From NCBI GenBank assembly GCA_035463495.1, contig DATHTH010000137.1, forward strand, positions 418-64,417: a stretch of DNA of 64,000 bases, in the 5' to 3' direction. The DNA is from Anaerolineales bacterium. Its GTDB lineage: Bacteria; Chloroflexota; Anaerolineae; Anaerolineales; Villigracilaceae. Positions 48,301 through 56,246 of the stretch are shown piece by piece (within the stretch, counting starts at the first letter, position 1; each line of letters opens with the position of its first letter). The notes under the pieces were generated by a model. It was not told the origin of the DNA, ran no database searches, and saw only the letters and a program-made list of their open reading frames with translations. The position numbers and the translations under genes were made by a program.

Positions 48301-50839
48301 CCGCGTGATCCTGGATGGCGAGGCGGGCTCTCTGGAACAGCAACTGGCGAAGTTAGATGAACAGCCAGTCCGGCTGCCGCGCTTTGTCCCGATCGAGCCG
48401 CTGGTCCCGGCGCTGGATGTCCAGCCCTCCCTCGAGCCTCCCACGGATCTGCTGTTCGATAACGGCTACGGCGGCTTCACCCCCGACGGACGCGAATACG
48501 TAATCCATCTCTCTCCAGGCGAATGGACGCCTGCCCCGTGGAGCAATGTGATTGCCACCCCCGGGTTCGGCTGCCTGGTCACCGAAGCCGGCATGGCGAC
48601 CACGTGGTGCAAAAATAGTGGTGAGAACCGCCTCACCCCCTGGCGCAACGACCCGGTGAGCGATCCACCCTCCGAAGCCATTTACCTGCGCGATGAGGAT
48701 AACGGGCAGATCTGGTCACCCACACCCCTGCCGGCGCGCGCCGATGCGCCTTACATCATTCGTCACGGGGCGGGCTACAGCACATATGCACACACCAGCC
48801 ATGGCCTGGAACAGAACATGTCGGTCTTTGTGATCCCCGATGAGCCGGTCAAAGTGGTGCAGCTCAGCCTGCGCAATGCCACCCAGCGTATGCGGCGCGT
48901 CAACGTAACCTATTACGCGGAATGGGTTCTGGGTGTCTCGCGCGAGGCGACCGCCCCGCACATCGCACCGGAATTTGCATCGAACCATTTCGCGCTGCTG
49001 GCCCGCAATCCCTATAATACGGAGTTCCGCGAGCGCGTTGCCTTCCTGGCATCCACGCGTGAGCCGACCGGCGTCACTACCGACCGCCGGGAATTCCTCG
49101 GCGAGCTGGGCAGCTACATCCGCCCAGCGGCACTAGAGCGGGTGGGACTGACGGCGCGCGTCGAAGCCGGCGCCGATCCGTGCGCTGCTCTGCAATGCCT
49201 GCTCTGGCTGCAGCCCGGCGAGACGAAGGAGATCACCTTCCTGCTCGGGCAGGGCGCGGACCGCGCCGACGCCGAACGGCTGATCGGTCACTACCGGAAC
49301 ATTCAAAACGTGCAGGCTGCGCGCCAGGCGGTCACCGAGTTCTGGGACGGGATTCTGGGACAAACGCAGGTCCAGACCCCCGACCCCGCCATGGATATCC
49401 TCTTGAACCGCTGGCTTTTGTATCAGGCACTGTCCTGCCGCTTCTGGGGCCGCACCGCGTTTTACCAGTCGAGCGGAGCGTTTGGCTTCCGAGACCAGCT
49501 ACAGGACGTGATGGGATTTGTCAATGCGCGGCCTGACCTGACGCGCGCCCATATTCTGGATGCCGCGGCTCACCAGTTCGAGCAGGGCGATGTGCTGCAC
49601 TGGTGGCACCCGCCGGCGGGGCGCGGCATCCGCACCCGCTGCTCCGATAATCTGATCTGGCTGCCCTATGTCACCGCCCACTACGTCAACGCCACCGGGG
49701 ACCGTTCCATCCTGGATGAACAAGTCCCCTTCCTGAGCGCCGAACCCCTAAAGCCCGACGAGCATGAGCGCTACGGGCAGTTCCCGCAGGGAGAAGCTGC
49801 GTCTCTCTACGAGCATTGCTGCCGCGCCCTGACCCAGGGAATCACCGCCGGACCTCACGGCATCCCGCTGATGGGCGACCATGACTGGAACGACGGCATG
49901 AACCGCGTCGGGGTTGATGGCAGGGGTGAGAGCATCTGGCTGGGCTGGTTTCTGTGCAGGACGCTGGCTGACTTTATCGCGATCTGTGACCAGCGTGGAG
50001 ATCAAGCACACGCTATAGAATTCCGCACTGCGATTGCCGAGATTGACAAAGCGGTGGAGAGACATGGCTGGGACGGGGAATGGTACCTGCGCGCCTTTTA
50101 CGACGACGGGTCACCGCTCGGCTCGTTCCTCAACAGCGAGTGCAAGATCGACTCGCTTGGACAGTCCTGGGCTGTCATTGCCGACGATGCGCCCTCCGAG
50201 CGCGCCGTCCGGGGGATGGAGGCGGTCTATAAGCATCTTGTCCGCCCGGACGATGAGCTCATCCTGTTGTTCACGCCGCCCTTCCATCGTACCCCTCACG
50301 ACCCCGGATACATCAAGGGCTATCCGCGCGGTATCCGCGAGAACGGCGGACAGTATACGCATGCTGCCCTGTGGGTTATCTGGGCGTTTGCCCAGTTGGG
50401 ACAGGACGAGCGTGCCGTAGAGCTGTTCCAACTCATCAATCCTATCTGCCATGCACAGACCCGCGAGGAAGCAGACCGCTACCGGGTGGAGCCGTATGTG
50501 ATCGCCGCAGACGTCTACAGCAGCGCGCCGTATGTAGGACGAGGCGGTTGGACGTGGTACACCGGCTCGGCGAGCTGGATGTACCGCCTCGGCACCGAGA
50601 TGCTGCTGGGACTGCAGCGGGTTGGGGATGTACTCAAGATCGAGCCGCATGTCCCCAGGGACTGGGGGGAGTACCAGATGAATTACCGCTTCGGGAAAAC
50701 AGACTATCACATTCGGGTCCAGCAGGGCGATCACGCCGCGGGCGAAATCACCCTGGACGGCAAGAGCCTGGCAGACGGTCTCATCCCCCTCACCGACGAC
50801 GGACAGACGCATGAAGTTCTAGTTAAGCGCCATGCATGA
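42308..50839 (+). CDS. ndvB: Cyclic beta-1,2-glucan synthase-like protein (NdvB/Cgs: GT84 + glucoamylase-like + GH94 phosphorylase)
   Basis: 2843 aa; WERKRGKLEE, ITLDAD, SHDLFEG and RLHRWVRGDWQ motifs; SWSGTMFEY; YQSSGAFGFRDQLQD, DWNDGMN and ENGGQYTHAA motifs. Confidence 0.9.
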   Translation: MRNTAPVASEIDTTKPNTPDLEPAEDPVVALARTLSDARPRRTGFPIPARLGQFTAFFRSCYEFFSGSASLELATSQTAEWLLDNLYVIEQAIRQIEQDLPVDYFNRLPKTTTGWARVYLVALANTHGKDTRLDLKQLISFLETFQEITPLTTGEIWALPLMLRLAVLELLAEALAQVTGLPWETMSIPALEDEADSARPATDVIIADSVMNLRRLATQDWKAFFEDVSVLEKLLRSDPAGIYSQMDFDTRNRYRNVVEELANGSPIGEKGIARQAIELAQAGENASVRERHIGYYLMVPGRKLLEERINFRPTFSGALVRFVQENATAVYLGSITTLTLILTILVVWYALRAGGSTPQAVIAGLLTLLPASSVAIEIVHWLVVAIIPPRTLPKLNFQPGSPEGEGGVPPEYRTMVVIPGLLATEKDTPFLLRQIEHHFIGNSDPNIFFALLTDFADAPEKDMPGDEEPVSQTSAAIEELNKKYGSTSYQPFYFFHRSRVWNEREEKWMGWERKRGKLEEFNRLLRGEDETTFTTKVGDLRVLPSIRYVITLDADTGLPREAARQLIGTLAHPLNQAEFDPQTGEVIAGHTILQPRVQVRPSSANQSLFTRVYSGDSVIDLYTRAVSDVYQDLFDEGNYVGKGIYDVEAFQRSLDGKIPENHLLSHDLFEGMHGRVGLVSDVVLFEDYPPHYIVYTDRLHRWVRGDWQLLPWLRSRVPHRTKGSAPNTLSSIDRWKLFDNLRRSLLPPGVLALLISGWLLLPESSLVWMLVALSPYLAPVLMNFMGEVRHSFSKQHSTRVTRPLRLSLLRSLFEIIFLPHEAYVIFDAVTSTLVRLYITRRHFLQWVSAAHTVQLFGKRLHLKSAWQAMIGAPLLALLFFVMLLFLFPATLPAAAPFLLVWILSPYIATRISQPFQRPVTRLLPDQEHKLRLVARSTWLYFEHFVGPEDRWLPPDHFQESPRGQVAHRTSPTNIGLMLLSTLSAHDLGYIGPLELSLRLRDSLDSMDKLERARGHFLNWYDTRTFAPLPPRYVSTVDSGNLAASLIALRQGCYGIGSANLLNWDGLLDTLGMLSMSLEQAGLGTVAQALQAAVTALEEQVRNLNNPETFSPALLKEVLREDQVQFESMLWEAIQNSSEEYAPEVTRRLSVWIDRVRQQLRRTRIDVQVLAPWLLSLAEKPQLTRLEERPELAKAWQALDENLDLRPRLGEIPAITRHAENLLEEITSLLEHDDLAVYEWCDTLTYDLGAARKNAASLLDNYAQLADRCEAFVQAMRFDFLYNPQRHVFHIGYSVDSGRLDSNYYDLLASEARIASLVAIARGDVPQNHWLHLARPLTEFEGTRCLLSWSGTMFEYLMPHLFMESYPNTLIDQSCRAAIEQHIKYGVENNIPWGTSEASYYNFDAAQVYQYQAFGVPSLGYKRGLSNDLVVAPYASLLALPFMPQEVLQNLKRLEDLEMWGLYGFYESIDFTKERLRTGEDYAIIRSFMVHHQGMVLLSLCNVLLDKRMIRRFHADPRIESVELLLQEHTPDNAPTEHPRHQQAETAWPSTTIPLDPWQVTPDAPYIQVHSLSNGSYSLLISAAGSGFSRWEDIELTRWRDDPTLNDRGSWIYVEDRLNGQLWSATRQPTLRTPEHREVNFYPHRVEFERQDGDIVVRTLVAVAANEDVEIRRVTLTNQGGHSRVLALTSYAEIILNQQSADQRHPAFNKLFIESEFLEQEQLLLYRRRPRTASEKPVYLAHFFTSSHEQISLTGYETDRLKFLGRGGTPWRPAVFATPNQTSVLSSTAGATLDPICSLQAEIILRPYQTAQVAFLTLAAHSRKEAIDLAQRYRRWSQISRAFQESRIQTEHELAQLNLTSHLVERIQKLLSPLVYLSSALRAQPDLLNSNTLGQPGLWAFGISGDYPILLVLMHREEDLDLLGEVVQAHTYWRKRGLMIDLVIFNQRASSYDQGFKSSIHRLLERTGSETWLGKRGGIFLLQEDQMNEAERVLLRTVARVILDGEAGSLEQQLAKLDEQPVRLPRFVPIEPLVPALDVQPSLEPPTDLLFDNGYGGFTPDGREYVIHLSPGEWTPAPWSNVIATPGFGCLVTEAGMATTWCKNSGENRLTPWRNDPVSDPPSEAIYLRDEDNGQIWSPTPLPARADAPYIIRHGAGYSTYAHTSHGLEQNMSVFVIPDEPVKVVQLSLRNATQRMRRVNVTYYAEWVLGVSREATAPHIAPEFASNHFALLARNPYNTEFRERVAFLASTREPTGVTTDRREFLGELGSYIRPAALERVGLTARVEAGADPCAALQCLLWLQPGETKEITFLLGQGADRADAERLIGHYRNIQNVQAARQAVTEFWDGILGQTQVQTPDPAMDILLNRWLLYQALSCRFWGRTAFYQSSGAFGFRDQLQDVMGFVNARPDLTRAHILDAAAHQFEQGDVLHWWHPPAGRGIRTRCSDNLIWLPYVTAHYVNATGDRSILDEQVPFLSAEPLKPDEHERYGQFPQGEAASLYEHCCRALTQGITAGPHGIPLMGDHDWNDGMNRVGVDGRGESIWLGWFLCRTLADFIAICDQRGDQAHAIEFRTAIAEIDKAVERHGWDGEWYLRAFYDDGSPLGSFLNSECKIDSLGQSWAVIADDAPSERAVRGMEAVYKHLVRPDDELILLFTPPFHRTPHDPGYIKGYPRGIRENGGQYTHAALWVIWAFAQLGQDERAVELFQLINPICHAQTREEADRYRVEPYVIAADVYSSAPYVGRGGWTWYTGSASWMYRLGTEMLLGLQRVGDVLKIEPHVPRDWGEYQMNYRFGKTDYHIRVQQGDHAAGEITLDGKSLADGLIPLTDDGQTHEVLVKRHA

Positions 50840-50914
50840 ATGTTTACAAGTTGATTTTCTGCGTTAGCATTCCATCATGCTGCCTGGAGAAGACTGTGGC
50901 GCGCCTGGATTAAG

Positions 50915-50954
50915 AAGGATACGCTCCGACACAGATGTGTCGGAGCGTATCCTT
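50915..50954. terminator. Bidirectional terminator: 19-bp perfect inverted repeat
   Basis: AAGGATACGCTCCGACACA-ga-TGTGTCGGAGCGTATCCTT between convergent genes. Confidence 0.8.
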
Positions 50955-51008
50955 TCGCCATTACGTCCCTTTTACCCCATGCCTGCGCCTTCCTCCTGAC
51001 CTTCCCTC

Positions 51009-51380
51009 CTACTTGTCAGGACTCCAGTAGGGTGAATAACCGTAATACTCATAAATATTGCGTAGCCAGCCTGCTTCGTATTCAGCGACGTCCGGCCACT
51101 TCTCTTTGTCGAACCCCGGTGCGTTCTTGAGAACCTCCCGGTTCACGTCCAACATGGCGTGGTTTTTCTGGGTGTCGAAGGTTAGCGCTTCCAGCGGAAT
51201 CGCAAACAGTTTGTCGCCCATACCCATAATGCCGCCGAAAGAGAGCACTGCATAAGCGATCTGCGCATCGTCCAGGTCTACAACCATGTCTTTGATGCTG
51301 CCCAGTTGTTCACCCTCGGGATTGACAACCTTGCTACCAATGATCGAGCTGGCAGATAAAACTCGAGGGTGTACATTCAT
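51009..51380 (-). CDS. PRC-barrel domain protein
   Basis: LSASSIIGSKVVNPEGEQLGSIKD..AYAVLSFGG..DKLFAIP. Confidence 0.92.
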   Translation of the reverse strand: MNVHPRVLSASSIIGSKVVNPEGEQLGSIKDMVVDLDDAQIAYAVLSFGGIMGMGDKLFAIPLEALTFDTQKNHAMLDVNREVLKNAPGFDKEKWPDVAEYEAGWLRNIYEYYGYSPYWSPDK

Positions 51381-51409
51381 TCAGCGTCTCCATTTCTGTG
51401 GATGCGCTA

Positions 51410-51453
51410 ACTATATCGACGGACCGTTTTTGTCACAATGGGGAATATACCTA
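51410..51453 (-). promoter_or_regulatory. Motif B promoter of PRC-barrel gene
   Basis: Minus strand: TAGGT-ATATTC-CCCAT (51453-51438), 22 nt, TATAGT (51415-51410). Confidence 0.7.
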
Positions 51454-51584
51454 CTCCCCGGGGGAGAGTGCCCCTTGTCAAATACGGGATTGTTTGTTGC
51501 CTCCTGCAGATACATTCATAGAAAAGGGACTGCGTCCTATCCCGGATACAGTCCTGTGTTGTTGTGCCTTTTTTTCCTGGTCTT

Positions 51585-52244
51585 CTATCTTTTGATGAAC
51601 GCCAGATAAGAAGCGGCTTCATCCCGGCTGCTGACGTTGAGCTTTTCGAGGATATTGTGGACATGATTCTTGACCGTGCCCACCTCCACCACCAGGCGAG
51701 CGGCGATCTCCTGGTTGGTGAGCCCCAGACCTATACATTGCAATACCTCCAGTTCCCGGGTCGTCAGGCGCGCGTCGCCGTTCAGTTTGGGCTCGACGGT
51801 GGCGAACAATCGAGCCAGGTTCGCCAGGCGCTCTATCATGGCGCCTGCAATCTGCGTGGACACCCGAGCTTCCCCCTGCTGCGCCAGGCGGATGGCTGCC
51901 AGAAAGTCCTCCAGCGAGCTATCCTTGAGAATATAACCGATAGCGCCTGCTTCGATATAGCGCAGAATCTCCGTCTTGTCCTCCTCCGAGAGCCCGAGCG
52001 CCAGCACCTTCGTGGCAGGTGCCCGGTCGGTAATCGTGCGGACAAGCGCCCACGCCTCCCGATCCGGCAGGCTGACACTCACGACCGCGATATCCACCTG
52101 CTGTCCCTGTAGAAACACCAGGGCGTCCTGCGCAGATGTTACGCAGCCAACCACGCGTAGATCCGCTTCATCCTCCAACACAGAGGCAAAGATATTGCCG
52201 ATCAGCGGAACCTCAATTACGAGAAGTACTTTAATCGGATGCAT
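51585..52244 (-). CDS. NarL-family regulator with atypical (pseudo-)receiver
   Basis: LuxR HTH LTTRELEVL..TVKNHVHNI; receiver has VIEV and VVSVSLP instead of DD and D. Confidence 0.88.
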   Translation of the reverse strand: MHPIKVLLVIEVPLIGNIFASVLEDEADLRVVGCVTSAQDALVFLQGQQVDIAVVSVSLPDREAWALVRTITDRAPATKVLALGLSEEDKTEILRYIEAGAIGYILKDSSLEDFLAAIRLAQQGEARVSTQIAGAMIERLANLARLFATVEPKLNGDARLTTRELEVLQCIGLGLTNQEIAARLVVEVGTVKNHVHNILEKLNVSSRDEAASYLAFIKR

Positions 52245-52369
52245 TCTTGCCTTATTGGGAAGCGAGATACCCGCCTCATCCTTGCGTTAACAGCCATAAC
52301 CTGGCGGGTATCTCCATAGTGAACGTGAACGTGCAACGAGCGGATCGTGATAACCTGATCTCGCTTCGC

Positions 52370-52621
52370 TTAACCCTCGACTTCGGAGATGATGGTGCCA
52401 GCCGGTTCGTGGTGCGAAACAGCTCCCTTCATCTCCCTGACCTGGTTAGCGAGCCTGCGGGCCTGGCTCTCACCTGTCCTTTTGATCTTCTGCCGTAGTT
52501 CCTGCCCGGATGCAGGCGCCATGAGCATGCCTACCGCCGCGCCGACAGCGCTGCCTACCAGTGCAGCCGTAATGATCTTTCCGGCGCTCGTCTTCCGATC
52601 TCGAAGTCCAAATCTCTTCAT
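52370..52621 (-). CDS. YtxH domain protein
   Basis: LVGSAVGAAVGMLMAPASGQELRQKI. Confidence 0.85.
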   Translation of the reverse strand: MKRFGLRDRKTSAGKIITAALVGSAVGAAVGMLMAPASGQELRQKIKRTGESQARRLANQVREMKGAVSHHEPAGTIISEVEG

Positions 52622-52744
52622 GTATACTCGCTTTCTAGTCAGCGCCGGGTCGTAAGCCGGCCATAGGAGGCATGTCCTTCCGACCCTTGACGGACAGCCC
52701 CGACCCGTTTCGCCCCTTCCTGTTTATTTTGAAGTTACTTAACT

Positions 52745-52810
52745 ACTATAAAAGGGAAGAACAAAACTTTTTATGGGGAAAATTCCTAAAGGGTTTTAGG
52801 GAATGCCCTA
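52745..52810 (-). promoter_or_regulatory. Motif B promoter of ytxH-like gene and regulator
   Basis: TAGGA-ATTTTC-CCCAT (52788-52773), 22 nt, TATAGT (52750-52745); distal TAGGG-N4-CCCTA 52797-52810. Confidence 0.72.
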
Positions 52811-52839
52811 ACGGACCGCCCTAGATTCCTACTGTGTTT

Positions 52840-52883
52840 TAGGTACATCCTGAATTGATGATAGATAGCGTGATGGATATAGT
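52840..52883 (+). promoter_or_regulatory. Motif B divergent promoter of LLM operon
   Basis: TAGGT-ACATCC-TGAAT 52840-52855, 22 nt, TATAGT 52878-52883. Confidence 0.6.
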
Positions 52884-52999
52884 TAGCGTAGAAACAAGTG
52901 CATGAAAGATGCTGATGAGTGTTCTTCTTACGAGGTCGCAAACATCATCTCTAGGGTATTCCTGGTCGGTTTGATTTCGCTTTTCACTGAACGGCAAAT

Positions 53000-53088
53000 C
53001 ACTTAAGACCAGTTGATGTTCGAGTGGCGCCGGGTTTCGACATGTAGATGTCGCGCCCAGAACAGCGCCACTCGAACCACATTAAGTG
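53000..53088. other. About 90-nt imperfect stem-loop in predicted 5' leader
   Basis: CACTTAA/TTAAGTG, GTTCGAGTGGCGC/GCGCCACTCGAAC (13 bp perfect) and CGACAT-gtag-ATGTCG nested helices. Confidence 0.6.
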
Positions 53089-53168
53089 CCGGAGTCCAGT
53101 TCCTGCTGAGTTCTATCCGAGGATACTCCATCCTCAAACACACTCAAATCTAGAAAGGGAAATAAGCC

Positions 53169-54155
53169 TTGATTACTCTGGGATACGCCTTATCAAGTGA
53201 AGAACACACACCGAACAAGCTGGTTGTTCATGCACAGCTAGCCGAGCGCGCTGGATTTAAGTTTCTGCTGATCTCGGACCATTTTCACCCCTGGGTCCCG
53301 CGGCAGGGCAACAGTTCCTTTGTGTGGAGTGTGTTGGGCGGGATCGCACAGACCACCCAGCGCGTAAGCGTGGGCACGGGAGTCACCTGTCCGATCATGC
53401 GCTTCCACCCGGCTCTGACTGCCCACGCCGCCGCAACTGTCGCCGATATGATGCCGGGCCGCTTCTTCCTGGGATTAGGCACCGGCGAGTATCTCAACGA
53501 GCATATCTATGGCGATGTGTGGCCGCGAATCGAGGTCCGGCAGGAGATGCTGGCGGAAGCCGTTCACATTATCAAGGAGCTGTGGAAGGGCGAGGAATAC
53601 TCCTATCACGGAACCTACTACACGGTCCGGGATGCGCGTATTTATACCCTCCCGGAGAAATTGCCCCCTATTTATATTGCTGCTTCGGGTCCTGAATCGG
53701 CGGAGCTGGCTGGCGAGATCTCAGACGGTTTGATTAGCACCACCTCCGACGACAAAATTGTCACCGCTTTTCAGAAAGCGGGAGGCGGAGACAAACCGCG
53801 CCTGGGCATGGTCAAGGTGTGCTGGGCATATTCGGCTGAAGAAGCCCGGGAAACTGTGAAGCACTGGTGGCCAACCTCTGCGGTCTCCGGTCCCCTGCAC
53901 TCCGACCTGCCAACGCCCCGCCACTTTGACGATGTAGTGGAGGCAATGGGCGAAGAGCCGATCATCCCGGAGGACACCGTCCTGGGCCCCAATCCGAATG
54001 CCTATCTCAAAGCCATTCAGACGATGACCGAAGACGGTTTCGACCACATCTACCTGCACCAGATCGGTCCCGACCAGGAAGGTTTTCTAAAATTCTTCAA
54101 GGGTGAGCTTTTGCCACTCCTGGAAAAGGAAGAACTGGTCGGCGAGACTCTCTGA
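53169..54155 (+). CDS. F420-dependent LLM-class oxidoreductase (G6PDH-like)
   Basis: LSSEEH, ISDHFHPW, GTGVTCP and GLGTGEYLNEH motifs. Confidence 0.9.
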   Translation: MITLGYALSSEEHTPNKLVVHAQLAERAGFKFLLISDHFHPWVPRQGNSSFVWSVLGGIAQTTQRVSVGTGVTCPIMRFHPALTAHAAATVADMMPGRFFLGLGTGEYLNEHIYGDVWPRIEVRQEMLAEAVHIIKELWKGEEYSYHGTYYTVRDARIYTLPEKLPPIYIAASGPESAELAGEISDGLISTTSDDKIVTAFQKAGGGDKPRLGMVKVCWAYSAEEARETVKHWWPTSAVSGPLHSDLPTPRHFDDVVEAMGEEPIIPEDTVLGPNPNAYLKAIQTMTEDGFDHIYLHQIGPDQEGFLKFFKGELLPLLEKEELVGETL

Positions 54156-54157
54156 CC

Positions 54158-55090
54158 ATGCTCAGCCTGGTACGAGATACCTTCAAGGAATGGCGAGAAG
54201 ACGGCGCGCCCCGGCTGGCGGCTGCCCTGGCGTACTACACCACCTTCTCGCTTGCCCCGATCCTCGTCTTGATCATTGCCATCGCCGGACTGGTCGGCGG
54301 CCGCGATGCCGCCCAGACTCAGACCATGGCGCAGGTAGAGAATCTACTGGGCGTCGAGGGCCGCGAGTTTGTGCAGGAGATGATCGAAACCGCCAGCCAG
54401 CCCCAGACCGGCTGGGCAGCCACGCTGGCCGGCGCGGTCACGCTCCTGTTCGGGGCGCTGGGTGTCTTTGGCGAGCTGCAAAATTCGCTGAACACGATCT
54501 GGGAAGTGAAGCCCAAACCGGCAATCAGTTTCTGGGATGGCATGCGGCGCTTCGTCATCAACCGTATGCTGTCGTTCACCATGGTGCTGGGGATCGGATT
54601 CTTACTGCTGGCTTCACTGGTCATCAGCGCCGTCGTCAACGCCCTGGGCGAGTATATCGGGGCGCGCTGGCCCCTCGCGGATTTCTGGCTGAGCCTCATC
54701 AACTTCCTGGTTTCGTTTCTTGTCATTACCCTGCTCTTTGCCATGATTTTCAAATTCCTTCCGGAGATCCAGATCGCCTGGACGGATGTCTGGCTGGGCG
54801 CGGCGGTCACATCCCTGCTCTTTAGCCTTGGCAAGTTCCTCATCGGACTGTATCTGGGGCGCAGCGAGGTGGGCACCACGTTTGGTGCAGCGGGATCACT
54901 CGCCATCCTCTTAATCTGGATCTATTATTCCGCACAAATTCTCTTCTTTGGAGCCGAGTTTACGCAGGTCTATGCCAACCGCTACGGCTCGAAGATCGTC
55001 CCGGACCCCGGAATGGTCAAAATTACGGAACAGGAGCGTGCTCAGCAAGGTATTCCACATCAGGAGACGATGGAAAAGGCAAAAGGATAA
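54158..55090 (+). CDS. yihY: YihY/virulence factor BrkB family membrane protein
   Basis: AAALAYYTTFSLAP and FGAAGSLAILLIWIYYSAQILFFGAEF motifs. Confidence 0.92.
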   Translation: MLSLVRDTFKEWREDGAPRLAAALAYYTTFSLAPILVLIIAIAGLVGGRDAAQTQTMAQVENLLGVEGREFVQEMIETASQPQTGWAATLAGAVTLLFGALGVFGELQNSLNTIWEVKPKPAISFWDGMRRFVINRMLSFTMVLGIGFLLLASLVISAVVNALGEYIGARWPLADFWLSLINFLVSFLVITLLFAMIFKFLPEIQIAWTDVWLGAAVTSLLFSLGKFLIGLYLGRSEVGTTFGAAGSLAILLIWIYYSAQILFFGAEFTQVYANRYGSKIVPDPGMVKITEQERAQQGIPHQETMEKAKG

Positions 55091-55096
55091 CCCAGA

Positions 55097-55624
55097 ATGG
55101 AAATCGATCTTAATGAATTACTCTGGACCGCCCTGCGCGCTACCTTTGTGTATCTATTCCTGCTAGTCATCGTGCGCCTTCTCGGCAAACGCGAGATCGG
55201 GTCCACGAGTGCGTTCGATCTCGTCGTGGCGTTGATCCTGGGCGAAGTAGTGGACGAAATTATCTATGGCGATGTCACGGTTCTGCAGGGGGTGGTTGCC
55301 ATCGTGGTCGTCGCTGCCTGGCATGTGGCGAATTCCTGGGCAAGCTTCAAGAGTGAGTTCATCGATAAGCTAACCGGCGCCCCGCCCACGGTGGTAGTGA
55401 AGAACGGCCAGATCCAGCGCAAGAATCTCGCGAAGGAAAGGCTCAATGAAAGCGAGCTATTCTCCGAGCTGCGGCTGATGGGCGTGGAAGATGTTAAAGA
55501 GGTCAAACAAGCCACGCTGGAGCCGAATGGCCAGATCAGCGTCATCCAGGAAGAATGGGCAAAGCCCGTTCAGCGCCAGGACATCCTCGATGTGAAGCCC
55601 AGGAACAGCAGAAAGAAATCCTAG
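55097..55624 (+). CDS. DUF421 (YetF-like) membrane protein
   Basis: RLLGKREIGSTSAFDLVV and A.LEPNGQISVI motifs. Confidence 0.9.
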   Translation: MEIDLNELLWTALRATFVYLFLLVIVRLLGKREIGSTSAFDLVVALILGEVVDEIIYGDVTVLQGVVAIVVVAAWHVANSWASFKSEFIDKLTGAPPTVVVKNGQIQRKNLAKERLNESELFSELRLMGVEDVKEVKQATLEPNGQISVIQEEWAKPVQRQDILDVKPRNSRKKS

Positions 55625-55628
55625 CCTC

Positions 55629-56126
55629 ATGGAAGAGCTTGATCTCACCGGGATTGTCCTGCGCGTATCGGTGATGTACCTGTTTGCCCTGGCGCTCGTC
55701 CGGATTGCAGGAAAACAGGCAATCGGACAGCTAACCGGCATGGATTTTGTCGTTACCCTGATTGTAGGCGACCTGTTTGACGATATCTTCTGGGCGACCG
55801 TGCCCCTCGCGCAAGGGATGGTGGCGTTCGCGATTGTGGTGTTCTCTCATATTCTTGTCACTTTCCTGAGCTCTCGTAATCTACGCTTTTATCGTCTGGC
55901 GACACCTCCGGCGAGGCTGCTGATCGAAGACGGAAAGCTGATGCAGAAGAGTCTTCAGCAGGAGCGGATGCGGCCGGATCATCTCCAAGCCGACCTGCGC
56001 ATCGCCGGAGAGGAGCATCCCAGTGAGATCAAGCAAGCCTGGCTCGAGCCAAGCGGCCAGGTCAGCGTGATCAAGAATTCCGACAGCAGACCCATCAGGA
56101 AAAAGGACAAGCGTCTGTTTGGCTAG
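55629..56126 (+). CDS. DUF421 (YetF-like) membrane protein, paralog
   Basis: RIAGKQAIGQLTGMDFVV and AWLEPSGQVSVI motifs. Confidence 0.9.
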   Translation: MEELDLTGIVLRVSVMYLFALALVRIAGKQAIGQLTGMDFVVTLIVGDLFDDIFWATVPLAQGMVAFAIVVFSHILVTFLSSRNLRFYRLATPPARLLIEDGKLMQKSLQQERMRPDHLQADLRIAGEEHPSEIKQAWLEPSGQVSVIKNSDSRPIRKKDKRLFG

Positions 56127-56190
56127 GGAAAGCCCTACTGGTGTGACAGCACCATCCCCCATTGTTCATTCACCGCCCCAAATTTAGAAT
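56124..56190 (+). promoter_or_regulatory. Motif B promoter of yciF-SDR
   Basis: Distal TAGGG-AAAG-CCCTA 56124-56137; proximal site ends in CCCAT at 56162, then 22 nt and TAGAAT 56185-56190. Confidence 0.68.
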
Positions 56191-56246
56191 GATTTTAGAC
56201 AAGTGAGAAATAAACCGAATACAAACCTAAAAACTGGAGGTAAGAC

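Noticed and set aside
18000-50800. Numerous long antisense or alternate-frame ORFs in the track (e.g. 28739..30121 -, 25148..26104 -, 33334..34131 -)
   Set aside because: They overlap well-supported genes on the opposite strand, have no motifs, and are expected shadows in GC-rich DNA.
51453-51469. ACTCCCCGGGGGAGAGT as a motif A copy
   Set aside because: The spacing is wrong (17 bp rather than 22), and it overlaps the motif B promoter region.
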